64,000 nt of DNA, from positions 22,384,001 to 22,448,000 of the forward strand of contig NW_024704742.1 in NCBI RefSeq assembly GCF_018977255.1. The letters are read 5' to 3'. The translations under genes were made by a program, and so were the position numbers. How positions within the stretch are numbered: the stretch's first letter is position 1; every line of letters starts with the position of its first letter. The DNA is from Callorhinchus milii. Taxonomy: Eukaryota. A model generated the notes under the pieces. The model was not told the origin of the DNA. It ran no database searches and saw only the letters and a list, made by a program, of their open reading frames with translations. Shown in pieces: positions 11,880-23,095 of this stretch.

Positions 11880-12135
11880 ACCATTCCCTGAATGCGAGAA
11901 AGTAAACCCAGAACAATACTTTCAGATGCACTGACAGCAGAAACAAGAAATTTTAGTACATATTTCTTTACCCAGAGGGTAATTAACAACAAATTTGTTA
12001 CCAAGTGTGGTGATTGAGGTCAGGACACTGGACTTATTTAAAATTAATGCTGTGATGGGACGACAGCAGGATAAGGTATTCTGGAAGGATGAGGTCAAAA
12101 TAGGCTGAAGAGCCTTCTTCATTCAAAACTCTCAT
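11880..12135 (+). mobile_element. CR1 LINE 3' fragment
   Basis: Shares cagaacaatactttcagatg, tatttcttta, ggtaattaacaac, ctgtgatggga and aggatgag..caaa blocks with the CR1 copy at 35480-35845. Confidence 0.7.
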
Positions 12136-14174
12136 GAAGCTTCCACATTACATCTGATAATGCATGCACTAAAAACGAAAGAAATAATAATTTGAAAAAC
12201 CTTTTGTTTGTTCCATTCCATTTTGTTTTCATTATTAAAAACAACCATATCATTTGAGACAAAACCCTTTTGCACTCCAGCAATGTTTCACATTTTGGCA
12301 ATTTTCGGAAATCGAAGATTCCAATCTGATTGTTCAAGCCGACTGTCTCGAATTAGCTCATCTCCACCAGTTTTAATAATATTACAAATTAACCCCCCAT
12401 TTGTTGTAAATTATTGAAGAAAGTGTAGATGGCAAAATGTTAATTCCTCAACCATGTGAGGAGCACATGGTTAAGACTTATTTTATGACAGAGTATTTGG
12501 AGAGATGCTAAAAAACTTTCTTCTTCCTCAATAAGACTCTACAAAGTATTTCAACTTTAATTTCACCAACCAACTATGCTTCTTAGTCTGTAGTTTTACT
12601 GTACACCGTCTTATCAAAAATGTATTGCATTTTCCTAATAGTATTCATCTGACTCTTTCATCCAAGTTACTTCTTTGAAAGAACAGAGTATATAATACTG
12701 TAAATAGAATAATTCATGATATGCTATGAAATATGAAGTTTTCTGCACTAGAGTTGAGATTTTGAATTCCTACATAATGTAGTTGCTCCCAAGTTTTTTC
12801 TTCTCCAAGGAAAATGAGACTCCCAGATTCCACAACTGTTCACACATAAGCCTTTGAATTATCTCAGAAAAATCAACAATCATAAGCTTTAATTTCAATT
12901 GCTTTCCCTTTTCTTTAGGGGAAGGCACCTTATTACCGTCAAACCTTTTCACACCATAGTACCTGTGTTCCCTTTGCCAATCCAACCCAATTTAATAATC
13001 TTTATAATAAGCAAGTGAAAAAGATATGAAGAAGAACCTCATTTTCAAGGTTTTTGTTCTATGATGATTGTTGATAAGTGTTTTACTGCTCTGAAACAAT
13101 TCACTGCACTGAGAAGCACAATGATAGTTTACTGGAGAGTATAACATTTGCTCTGTGATTTAATTTCAGAATGTATATTTTAAAATTATAAACAATTTTT
13201 GCAGATTTACAATGGCTGGAATACTGTGCTGCTTTTATTTACAATGTGAAAAAGATTTCCATAATTCAAGCATGCTTGCAGCATTCCTGTGTCACAGGTC
13301 TTTCCCAGTTGTAACTGTGACATGGTTTATTACATTTTTTGTGGTTATTTTGATTACCTGAGACTGAATAATTCACTGGAATAAATTTAAATAAAACTAT
13401 TTACATATCTGAATTGTCAATGAACAGTTTGGCACACTTCCGAATCACCTGGCATATACGGTGAACTGAATAACATATCAGTAACATTGAATTAAAGCCA
13501 TTAAAGTAGTCATATAGTATGGAACTTTCATGCTTATGAAAACAAAGTAAAACTAAGGAAGGTAATTAAAATATATATATAGGTGTGAATTTTACCGCAT
13601 TTCAAAGTGGAATTATTACATTAAATCTGTTATCAAACAATAGAATTTCAATGGATTATTATTGATTGGCTTCAACTCTTAACCTCTCTTTCCCAACTAT
13701 GAGACTATGGTTTGTTCCATAGAAACTTTTCAAAACCATGTGGCTGCCATCTTTTTTCAGACAGACCAAAATAAAACAGATCGAATCTAACCTTTTGAAT
13801 TACTGTGTTCAAACAAATATATATTTTGAATGTTTTTCAACCATCCAATTGTAACTAAAAGAGTATGTTATGGCCTGCATATAGGTGTGAATTTTACCGT
13901 ATTTCAAACTGTACATGGAAGTTACTTTGATTTTAACGTAGTTGGGCATAAAATCATGAGTACAACTTTCACAACACTGCAACTAGGAAACCAGAATTCA
14001 TGGTATTCTGTAACTGCAGTATTTTTGTTGTAGGACTGTTGACCACTCTATTCTCCACCAATTCTCCTCCTAGACACACTTGCATTACTCCTGGTTTCAC
14101 TCTTACCTGTGCTAGGGTCTTCACCATCTTATCTAATGGATTATCCTCTTGTCCACACATAGTCATGTGTAACG

Positions 14175-14820
14175 ATCCCTAATGCTCCATCCACAGTCCT
14201 CTTCTTTCTATCAGCTTGGTAACATTATCCACAGGCATGGAATCTACTTCGCATATATATGTAGATGACACACAACTCTACCTTTCTCTCTCTGGGGTAA
14301 CTTCGGGACCACTGCTGCTCTGATAGATTTCATGTCAATCACAGATTCTGGATGAACTGCAACTTTCTACAAATAAACTTCAACAACACTGCAGCTATCC
14401 TACTTAATGCTTGTCAGCACTTCCTTACTTCAGGCACTGACCTCCCAGATTGGTTACCCAATTCACAGAGCCTGTACTGAACCTCCGCATTTTGTTCAAC
14501 CATCAGCTCTCCTTTAAACCTTTCAACTGGCTATGACCAAGTGCACTTGCCTCCATCTACGCAACATTGTCTGCCTCCGCCACTCCTTTACCCCGCACCA
14601 TACAACCCCCTGTTTTTTTCACCTCCAGACTCAACTGTTCAAAGCGCTGCTTGTCCATATCTGCAGCTCCACCCTCCACAAGCTGGAGACCACCTAGAAC
14701 TCCACAGTCTATATCCTGTCCTGAATCAGACTCCACAAGTCCATTCCCCTTCCACCCCATTTTCACCCAGATCCACTGGCTTCCAATCTCCCCAAATGGA
14801 GTGATTTTAAGATACTTTTT
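14175..14820 (+). mobile_element. Degenerate L2 LINE RT fragment
   Basis: tatgtagatgacacacaactctac (YxDDTQLY), acctccagactcaactgttc (TSRLxxxN), atccactggcttccaat (xHWLP). Confidence 0.8.
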
Positions 14821-14824
14821 CTGA

Positions 14825-15090
14825 ACTTTATTTGGGGGACTGTTGACTAGGTCATCGCAAGAAGCTCTTCTCTTTTCGAATAGTGCCGTGGCATCTTTAA
14901 CATTCACCTCAACAGGTAGATGGGACCTCGGTTTAACACCTCATCCGAAGGATGGCACTTCCGACAATGCAACACGCCCCTAGCACTGGATTGGATTGGC
15001 ATCTTAAACAATGTGATTCCAATTCCCGAGGTGGGATTTGAACCCACAACTGTACGACTCAGAGGCTACCACTGAGCCGAACTGGCACAC
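14825..15090 (-). mobile_element. Deu-domain SINE with tRNA-like head
   Basis: Deu core gcatctttaacattcacctcaacaggtagatgggacctcggtttaacacctcatccgaagg; B-box-like ggatttgaaccc on the reverse strand. Confidence 0.85.
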
Positions 15091-16062
15091 TTAAATAATA
15101 CAAATTCATAGCCAAAATATTTTTTAAATGAAGCCATTTGATGCTTATTAACCAGGTTGCAAGCCTAAAATAGAAACCTGCAAAACCAAGATGCATCTGT
15201 AAATTGGGGATAATGACAATTTAAACAACAGTCTGAGCACCAAACAAATTCAGTGAAGAATAACCTATTACTGTTTATAAATAAATTAAGCCTGTCAAAA
15301 GATAATTTAATGGTGCAACTAGTATTTCAGGGACTTGTACTTCCTCATACACCTAGTATTGAAACTCTAAAGGGAGAAAAATTTCAAGATTTTTATGCAG
15401 ATCCTAATATAATGTATACAATTCTACTGCACTTTTTTAATCGTATACATATATATTTAAAAAACACACCCCTAATACAAGGATCATAAGAAATAATTGT
15501 AAGTTTGTCACAAATCATCTTCTTGTTACAAATTAATGCATGCAAAAAAACACAATTACTTAAACTATACTACTATAGAACACCTTAAAAGAATAGACAG
15601 CTATTAATAAACAATGATACTATTTTCCACATAACTCCTCCTGGAAAATTTGACACATATGTAAATTGTTACATTTTCACAATTGCACACTCATTACAGT
15701 TATCGTGAATTTACATAAATTCAACAATGAACCCAAAATAAAACACTACAGTATGTGAACTCTTCTGCCAATTCAGTTTTCAAGCTATTTTAAAAGCTTT
15801 CAAAGCAATATTTTTATAACCAGCATGTCAAAGCTGGTTGACAAGCTAAAAAAGGATACTGCTAATATGGTCTACATAGTTTTTATGACTGCAGGAACAA
15901 ATGCTAATTTCAGCTAACACATGTAAAATTTATACTTAATTTATTCTTGGTTGTTGTTCCATAGCCTTCAATGCATAGTATATAGCCAATCGTTCTCTCA
16001 GCTGAGAGAAAAGTTTTAAGGCAATATGTTTTACTAATTGAAATCTGCAGAGGTAGACTTAC

Positions 16063-16152
16063 ACATTAACTTCATATTTGGAGAGTCTCGATTGTTCATT
16101 CTGTTTTTTCAAGCGTTTTGCTGTTGCTATTCTTTCCTGCCGTGTTGGTATC
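16063..16152 (-). CDS. Coding exon 3 (90 nt, phase 2-2) of unidentified minus-strand gene
   Basis: Acceptor tttcttgtttccag| and donor |gtaagt. Joins in frame to exon 2 and reads (R)IPTRQERIATAKRLKKQNEQSRLSKYEVN(V). Confidence 0.75.
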
Positions 16153-16389
16153 CTGGAAACAAGAAATTCCCATTAGATATAATTTCATTGCTTTGAAAAG
16201 CTTGTTTTTCTTTTTTAACTGAGGACTAGTGGTTTCAGAAATAGAAAGTGTCCAACATTGCATTTCTTTGCCCATCATGAGCACTTGCATTTAACACTCA
16301 TCTGAATCCATTTTAGTGAGTTCAAAGTCCCGATATAGGGCTCAACCCATAACTTTCTAACTCTGAAGCATTAATACCATAATTTTTGC

Positions 16390-16620
16390 AATGCCTCACT
16401 TTCCAGCCTTCCCAACTGCACCCTCTGAACTCCCTTCCAAAATCCCTTTGCCTCGCCCCTTCCTCTCGGCTTTCAAATCCAACCTAAAGTCTTACTACAG
16501 TACCTAACTGTGCTTTTAGCCTCCCCGAGCTCCCAGCTCAGGCTCTCTCTCACTCAGTCTGTAAACCACAATGAGATATTCTGTGATTGTGAAAGGTCCT
16601 ATATAAGTGCAGACTGTTGA
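16390..16620 (+). mobile_element. L2 LINE 3' end fragment
   Basis: ctctgaactcccttcc...ccctttgcctcgccccttccctc...ttcaaatcc...gtgaaaggtcctatataagtgca, as in other L2 tails in this window. Confidence 0.6.
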
Positions 16621-16672
16621 AAGCACAAAACATTCAAATGCTGTTATAAAAATTAATCAAAAGCACACTTGC

Positions 16673-16788
16673 CTGTAAGTTGGCTTTGGAAATTGACTAG
16701 ATGGTGCCGAAGCACAAATTGCCTGCTGCAGCGGCAAACTGGGAAGCCCCCCTGGGCACTGGCCTGTAATAGCTGATAAAATACTCAT
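16673..16788 (-). CDS. Coding part of exon 2 (exon 16673-16836) with start codon
   Basis: Acceptor aatttattgcag| at 16837/16836; ATG at 16788 (ACAATGA); reads MSILSAITGQCPGGLPSLPLQQAICASAPSSQFPKPTY; donor ACAG|gcaagt (GC-AG intron). Confidence 0.7.
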
Positions 16789-17211
16789 TGTAACTGTACA
16801 CTAAGCCAGGTAGAGCGATCCAGAGATATTGAAATCCTGCAATAAATTAATAGAGTTCACAGATTTAGCCAAGTTTTGATCTGGAGAGAAATTTTTTATC
16901 CCCTGTTCTTCCATATCTCAACTCGCCTTGTAAATGTTTCACATTTGCTGACCGAGATTGTAGTTCACAAAACGACAATCGTGAATAATTAAAAGAAACA
17001 CTGGTTTCTTTTAGTTTAATTGTAGTTTTTTTAAAAAATTATTCTAATCAAGAACAACAGCAAACAGTTTTAAAAAAGAAAAGTTGCAATAACTCCTTTG
17101 TCTAAACAATTTCTTGACAGAATAAAATGTTTACGTGTTCACATTAATGGTAAAATGCATTGTGTTGATCACCCTGATGTGATAGTTGTATTCACTTTGC
17201 TGCTAATAGGT

Positions 17212-17425
17212 TTCAGTCTGGCGTAGTTGGTAGCACTCTCACCTCTGATTTCAAACATTGCGGGTTCAAGTTAGAAATCTAGGCTGCGCTCCAATACAGT
17301 TCTCAGAGTATGCTGCATTGTCAGGTTACTGACTTTCAGATGAGATGCTAAACCGAGGTCCCATCTGTCTGTTCGGGTGATTAATAAAGATACCATTGGA
17401 TTATTTGAAAAGAGAAAGGAGTTTC
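17212..17425 (+). mobile_element. Deu-domain SINE, 5' part
   Basis: tRNA-like head tggcgtagttggtagcactctcacctctga...gggttcaag, then Deu core ctttcagatgagatgctaaaccgaggtcccatctg. Confidence 0.8.
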
Positions 17426-17465
17426 AACTGAAAAAGAGACTGGATGAGTGCCTTTTCACATAACT

Positions 17466-17792
17466 GGAGTCCTGTAGCTCAGTGGTTAGAGCACTCGCTT
17501 TGCAAGCGAGAGACCTGAGTTCAATTCCAGGCAGGGTGAAACCTTGGGCAAGTTTCCTTACTCCACACGCCTAATAATAATCCCTTCAAAAAACAAACAA
17601 AAAACAATAATAAATTGGTCATTTTCAATCTACGACTGTTTGTGGGACATTGCTGTGCGCAATTGGCTGCCACGTTCGCCCACAAATATACAGTCAATTC
17701 ACTTTACAGTGTGTTCTGTGAAGCGCTTTGGGACGTCCTCCCGACGTGAAAAGCGCTATATCAAATGCAAGGATTATTATTATTATTATTAT
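17466..17792 (+). mobile_element. Young full-length tRNA(Ala-like)-derived SINE with L2-like tail
   Basis: A box tagctcagtgg, B box gagttcaattcc, body ccttgggcaagt..., tail tgaagcgctttgggacgtcctcccgacgtgaaaagcgctatatcaaatgcaagga(tta)n; several near-identical copies in the window. Confidence 0.95.
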
Positions 17793-17819
17793 AACATCTC
17801 ACAGGATTTACTCCAGATT

Positions 17820-18140
17820 GTACTGACTGTGTAGGCCAATGCTGCAGCCCATTTATGCACAGCAGTGTCCCACAACCAGCTATGAAGTGAATGACCAGTT
17901 TTATCGAGGATTCTTAGCCGAGACATCAGGAGAAACTCTCTTCTCTTTTTGAGTTATACCATGGGATCTTTAACGTCCAATTGCATAGGCAGACGGGACC
18001 TCGGTTTAGGGTTTCATTCGAAGAATGGAACCTCAGACTTCCCAGTACTGTACGGGAATGTCAGCCCAAACTATGTGAGTTCAAATTCATAACGTTTTGA
18101 TTCAAAAGCCAGAGTCTTGCCAACTGGCCCAGGCTGAGAC
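17820..18140 (-). mobile_element. Deu-domain SINE
   Basis: ccatgggatctttaacgtccaattgcataggcagacgggacctcggtttag (reverse Deu core). Confidence 0.8.
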
Positions 18141-19523
18141 ACATTTAATCAAATTTACGCAATTACCACATTTTAGATCCCCACCTCCACTGTTTCAGGT
18201 ATTTGTCAACAACCATAGAGTAATTATTCTATCAAGGAAACTCTTCAAAATTGATCAAAGCGGTTTTCTGTATTTATATTTTCACAAAAAAACAATAAGG
18301 ATCATGTTATTTTTCAATTTCTCAATTCAGCATTTCACTAAAGACAACATTTTAGCAACATTTATTCCTAAATGGAACAGTCAAATCAAATCAATACCAT
18401 TACTAACAGATACAAAAGACTGATTTTAGTATGTCTAAAAACTAATACGTTTCAGACAAAAACTGAATACATACATTTGAAATTAGCTTTCAGCAGAAAA
18501 CAAGATATTTCAAGAATGACGAGCAAATAATACATTTAGAATGATAGAGGAATTTATTTTGCCAATTTGGGCTTAAAATGTAATGCTGTGATTACCGATC
18601 ATTGCATCTAAAACTCCATCCAAAGGGATTTAATAATGAAAGCGGATTTCATGAATTAAGTTCACAGCATTAAAATTATGTTTGCGGTTTGGTGTTTCTA
18701 TCATTGCTGGGATTAACCTCAGTTTCAAATGTAGGTAGAGATTAGTCAGTTAAGTAATTGTTGAAACTAAATGACAAACAGGATGCAGGACCAAAGGGCA
18801 ACAAAATACTGTACCCCAAAGCTGCCTCGATGGGATGTTAGTAAGCCAGTGAATGTTTTGCTGGTTGCCTTGCATCCGAGCCGAGGCCAAAACACATCAC
18901 TGCTGCGGTTTCAATCACATCGCATTTATGTACGTTTGCGAGGGGGAATCGGGTCTATCACCAACTGACAGGAAGAGAGAGCGTGGGAGGGTGAGGGGGG
19001 GGGGGGGGAGAGAAACTTTTCAGACATTAACAAAGTGTTTGTCTCGGAGTGAGTTATTGGAGCTTATGACGCAGGTTGGGATAAAGCCAAGTAGCCTAAT
19101 ATCTCGAGCAGAAAACACCCGCAGCTGCAGTTAAACAAACAGAAGGAGTAAATAATATCCTCGACACACACACACCACACACAACAAGCGTAGATAGAGA
19201 GCAAGTGTCAAGTTAGCAAGAGTTGCAACCTTGTGTCAGACCCCCAGGGATCTAGATAAGACAAGTGGAAGAGTTTTAACTCACTTCTCGCCCGCTGGAG
19301 AGACAGACAGAGAGGGAGAGGGAATAGATTGTATTGTGTTGTAACGCAGTGAACTGTAGACCAGGCAACCAATTTGTCACAGCGGGAAATGTGCTGCACT
19401 GGTCACAGCAACTGAGAGAGAGAGAGAGAGAAAGAAAGAGAGTGAGTGATGGAGGGAGGAGAGACAAGAGAAGAAAGGAAGGAAAAGAGAGAAAAGAGGG
19501 GAAGAAGGTTGATGGGAAGAAGT

Positions 19524-19850
19524 GGAGTCCTGTAGCTCAGTGGTTAGAGCACTCGCTTTGCAAGCGAGAGACCTGAGTTCAATCCCAGGCAGGTCAGGGC
19601 GAAACCTTGGGCAAGTTTCCTTACTCCACACAGATCCTAATAATAATCCCTCCAAAACCAAAAACAATAATAAATTGGTCATTTTCAATCTACGACTGTT
19701 TGTGGGACATTGCTGTGCGCAATTGGCTGCCGCGTTCGCCCACAAATATACAGTCAATTCACTTTACAGTGTGTTCTGTGAAGCGCTTTGGGACGTCCTC
19801 CCGACGTGAAAAGTGCTATATCAAATGCGAGGATTATTATTATTATTATA
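19524..19850 (+). mobile_element. Young full-length tRNA-derived SINE (same family as 17466)
   Basis: Near-identical to 17466-17792. Confidence 0.95.
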
Positions 19851-19879
19851 AGTTGTGTGTGTAGTTAACACATCAGGGC

Positions 19880-21320
19880 TGGTGTCAGGGCTCCTCGGGG
19901 CTGTGTGTGAGTTAGTGAGTGAGCACTATCGGGGCTGTGAGTGAGTTAGTTAGTGAGCACTCTCGGGGCTGTTAGTTAGTGAGTGAGTTAGTTAGTGAGC
20001 ACTATCAGGGCTGCTCGGGGCTGTGAGTTAGTTAGTGAGTGAGTGAGTTAGTTAGTGAGCACTATCAGGGCTGCTCGGGGCTGTGAGTTAGTTAGTGAGT
20101 GAGTGAGTTAGTTAGTGAGCACTATCAGGGCTGCTCGGGGCTGTTAGTTACTTAGTGAGCACTATTGGGGCTGCGAGTCAGTTAGTGAGTTAGTGAGCAC
20201 TGTCAGGGCTGCTCGGGGCTGTGAGCTAGTTAGTTAGTGAGCACTATCGGGGCTGTGAGTTAATTAGTTAGTGAGCACTATCAGGACTGCTCGGGGCTGT
20301 AAGTTAGTTAGTGAGTGAGTTAGTTAGTTAGCACTATCAGGGCTGTGAGTTAGTTAGTGAGTGAGTTAGTTAGTGAGCACTACCAGGGCTGCTCGGGGCT
20401 GTGAGTTAGTTAGTGAGTGAGTTAGTTGGTGAGCACTATCGGGGCTGTGAGTTAGTTAGTGAGTGAGTTAGTTGGTGAGCATTATCGGGGCTGTGAGTTA
20501 GTGAGTGAGTTAGTTGGTGAGCACTATCAGGGCTGCTCGGGGCTGTGAGTTAGTTAGTTAGTGAGTGAGTGAGTTGGTGAGCACTATCAGGGCTGCTCGG
20601 GGCTGTGAGTTAGTTAGTTAGTGAGTGAGTGAGTTGGTGAGCACTATCAGGGCTGTGAGTTAGTGAGTGAGTTGATGAGCACTGTTGGGGCTGTGCGTTA
20701 GTGAGTGAGTGAGTTGGTGAGCACTGTCGGCGCTGTGAGTTAGTTAGTGACACAGTGAGTTGGTGAGCACTGTCGGGGCTGTGAGTTAGTGAGTTGGTGA
20801 GCACTGTCGGGGCTGTGAGTTAGTGAGTGAGTGAGTGGGTGAGCAGTGTCGGGGCTGTGAGTCAGTGAGTGAGTGAGTTGGTGAGCACTGTCGGCGTTGC
20901 TCGGGGCTGTGAGTTAGTTAGTGAGTGAGTTGGTGAGCACTGTCGGCGCTGCTCGGGGCTGTGAGTGAGTGAGTTGGTGAGCACTATCGGGGCTGTGAGT
21001 TAGTGAGTGAGTTAGTTGGTGAGCAGTATCAGGGCTGCTCGGGGCTGTGAGTTAGTTAGTTAGTGAGTGAGTGAGTTGGTGAGCACTATCAGGGCTGTGA
21101 GTTAGTGAGTGAGTGAGTTGATGAGCACTGTTGGGGCTGTGCGTTAGTGAGTGAGTGAGTTGGTGAGCACTGTCGGGGCTGTGAGTTAGTTAGTGAGTGA
21201 GTGAGTGAGCACTGTCGGCGCTGCTCGGGGCTGTGAGTTAGTTAGTGAGTGAGTGGGTGAGCACTGTCGGCGCTGTGAGTTAGTTAGTGAGTGAGTGAGC
21301 ACTGTCGGCGCTGCTCGGGG
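19880..21320. repeat. Minisatellite, unit about GTGAGT(TAGT/GAGT)nGAGCACT(A/G)TC(A/G)GGGCT(GCTCGGGGCT)
   Basis: About 35 tandem units of 30-60 bp directly visible. Confidence 0.97.
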
Positions 21321-21345
21321 TTGGGGGTCTCGAGCTGTTACTCAC

Positions 21346-21441
21346 CGCCGCCGCCACAACCTGAGTCTCGGCGTCTCCTTGACAACCGCGCGAGCGTCAC
21401 CACCACAAGGGCGGGAACCGGGGCACGTGCGGCCCCGCGCC
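21346..21441 (-). promoter_or_regulatory. CpG-island promoter and non-coding exon 1 of the minus-strand gene
   Basis: CpG-dense block with donor GCG|gtgagt at 21346/21345, GC box gggcggg, E-box CACGTG (about 21424) and an RFX X-box at 21373-21386. Confidence 0.75.
21373..21386. promoter_or_regulatory. RFX X-box GTCTCCTTGACAAC
   Basis: Close match to the 14-bp X-box pattern (GTYNCY-AT-RGNAAC type), located at a putative TSS. Confidence 0.6.
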
Positions 21442-23095
21442 GTCACTCCCCCTCCCCCCCCCCCCCCTCCTGGTCACTCCCCCTCCCCCCCCCCCTCCTG
21501 GTCACTCCCCCTCCCCCCCCCTCCTGGTCACTCCCCCTCCCCCCCCTCCCCCTGGTCACTCCCCCTCCCCCCCCCTCCCTCCTGGTCACTCCCCCTCCCC
21601 CCTCCTGGTCACTCCCCCCCCCTCCTGGTCACTCCCCCTCCCCCCCCCCTCCTGGTCACTCCCCTCCCCCCCCCTCCCTCCTGGTCACTCCCCCTCCCCC
21701 CCCTCCCCCTCCCCCCCCCTCCCCCTCCTGGTCACTCCCCCCCCCCCTCCTCCTGGTCACTCCCCCTCCCCCCCCTCCCCCTGGTCACTCCCCCTCCCCC
21801 CCCTCCCTCCTGGTCACTCCCCCCCCCCCTCCCTCCTGGTCACTCCCCCCCCTCCTGGTCACTCCCCCTCCCCACCCCCCCCTCCTGGTCACTCCCCTCC
21901 CCCTCCTCCCCCCCTCCTGGTCACTCCCCCTCCCCCCCCCCTCCTGGTCACTCCCCCTCCCCCCCCCTCCTGGTCACTCCCCCTCCCCCCCCTCCCCTGG
22001 TCACTCCCCCTCCCCCCCCTCCCTCCTGGTCACTCCCCTCCCCCCCTCCCCTCCCCCCTCCCCCTCCTGGTCACTCCCCCCCCCCCCCCTCCTGGTCACT
22101 CCCCCTCCCCCCCCCTCCTGGTCACTCCCCCTCCCCACCCCCTCCTGGTCACTCCCCTTCCCACCCCCTCCCCCTGGTCACTCCCCCTCCCCCCTCCCTC
22201 CTGGTCACTCCCCCTCCCCCCCCTCCCCTGGTCACTCCCCTCCCCCCCCTCCCTCCTGGTCACTCCCCCCCCCCTCCCTCCTGGTCACTCCCCCCCCTCC
22301 TGGTCACTCCCCCTCCCCACCCCCCCCTCCTGGTCACTCCCCTCCCCCCTCCTCCCCCCCTCCTGGTCACTCCCCCTCCCCCCTCCCTCCTGGTCACTCC
22401 CCCCCCCCCCCTCCCTCCTGGTCACTCCCCCCCCCTCCTGGTCACTCCCCCTCCCCACCCCCCCCTCCTGGTCACTCCCCCTCCCCCCCCCTCCTGGTCA
22501 CTCCCCCTCCCCACCCCCCTCCTGGTCACTCCCCCTTCCCACCCCTCCCCCTGGTCACTCCCCCTCCCCCCCCTCCTGGTCACTCCCCCTCCCCACCCCC
22601 CTCCTGGTCACTCCCCCTTCCCACCCCTCCCCCTGGTCACTCCCCCTCCCCCCTCCCTCCTGGTCACTCCCCTCCCCCCCCTCCCCTGGTCACTCCCCCT
22701 CCCCCCCCTCCCTCCTGGTCACTCCCCCCCCCTCCCTCCTGGTCACTCCCCCCCCTCCTGGTCACTCCCCTCCCCACCCCCCCTCCTGGTCACTCCCCCT
22801 CCCCCCTCCTCCCCCCCCTCCTGGTCACTCCCCCTCCCCCCCTCCCTCCTGGTCACTCCCCCCCCCCCCCTCCTGGTCACTCCCCCTCCCCCCCCCCCCT
22901 CCTGGTCACTCCCCTCCCCACCCCCCCCCTCCTGGTCACTCCCCCTCCCCCCTCCTCCCCCCCCTCCTGGTCACTCCCCTCCCCCCTCCCCCTCCTGGTC
23001 ACTCCCCTCCCCCCCCCCCTCCTGGTCACTCCCCTCCCCACCCCCTCCTGGTCACTCCCCCTTCCCACCCTCCTGGTCACTCCCCCTCCCCCCGC
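21442..23095. repeat. C-rich minisatellite, unit CCTGGTCACTCCCC(T)(C)n
   Basis: About 60 tandem units with an invariant core CTGGTCACT and variable C runs. Confidence 0.98.

Noticed and set aside
12119..12167. Minus-strand terminal exon candidate (VHALSDVMWKLHESFE*)
   Set aside because: Overlaps the end of a CR1 fragment and needs a phase-1 upstream exon I cannot support.
13056..13117. C/D snoRNA-like ATGATGA...CTGA with a short terminal stem
   Set aside because: Only about 53 nt between box ends, antisense to the presumed host gene, and no recognisable guide.
17466..17540. tRNA-Ala gene calls at SINE heads (also 19524, 30729, 36423, 49741)
   Set aside because: No intact acceptor stem; each runs into the SINE body and (TTA)n tail.
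19880..21320. CRISPR-like repeat-spacer appearance of the arrays
   Set aside because: Spacers are low-complexity variants of each other, there are no cas genes, and the context is vertebrate.
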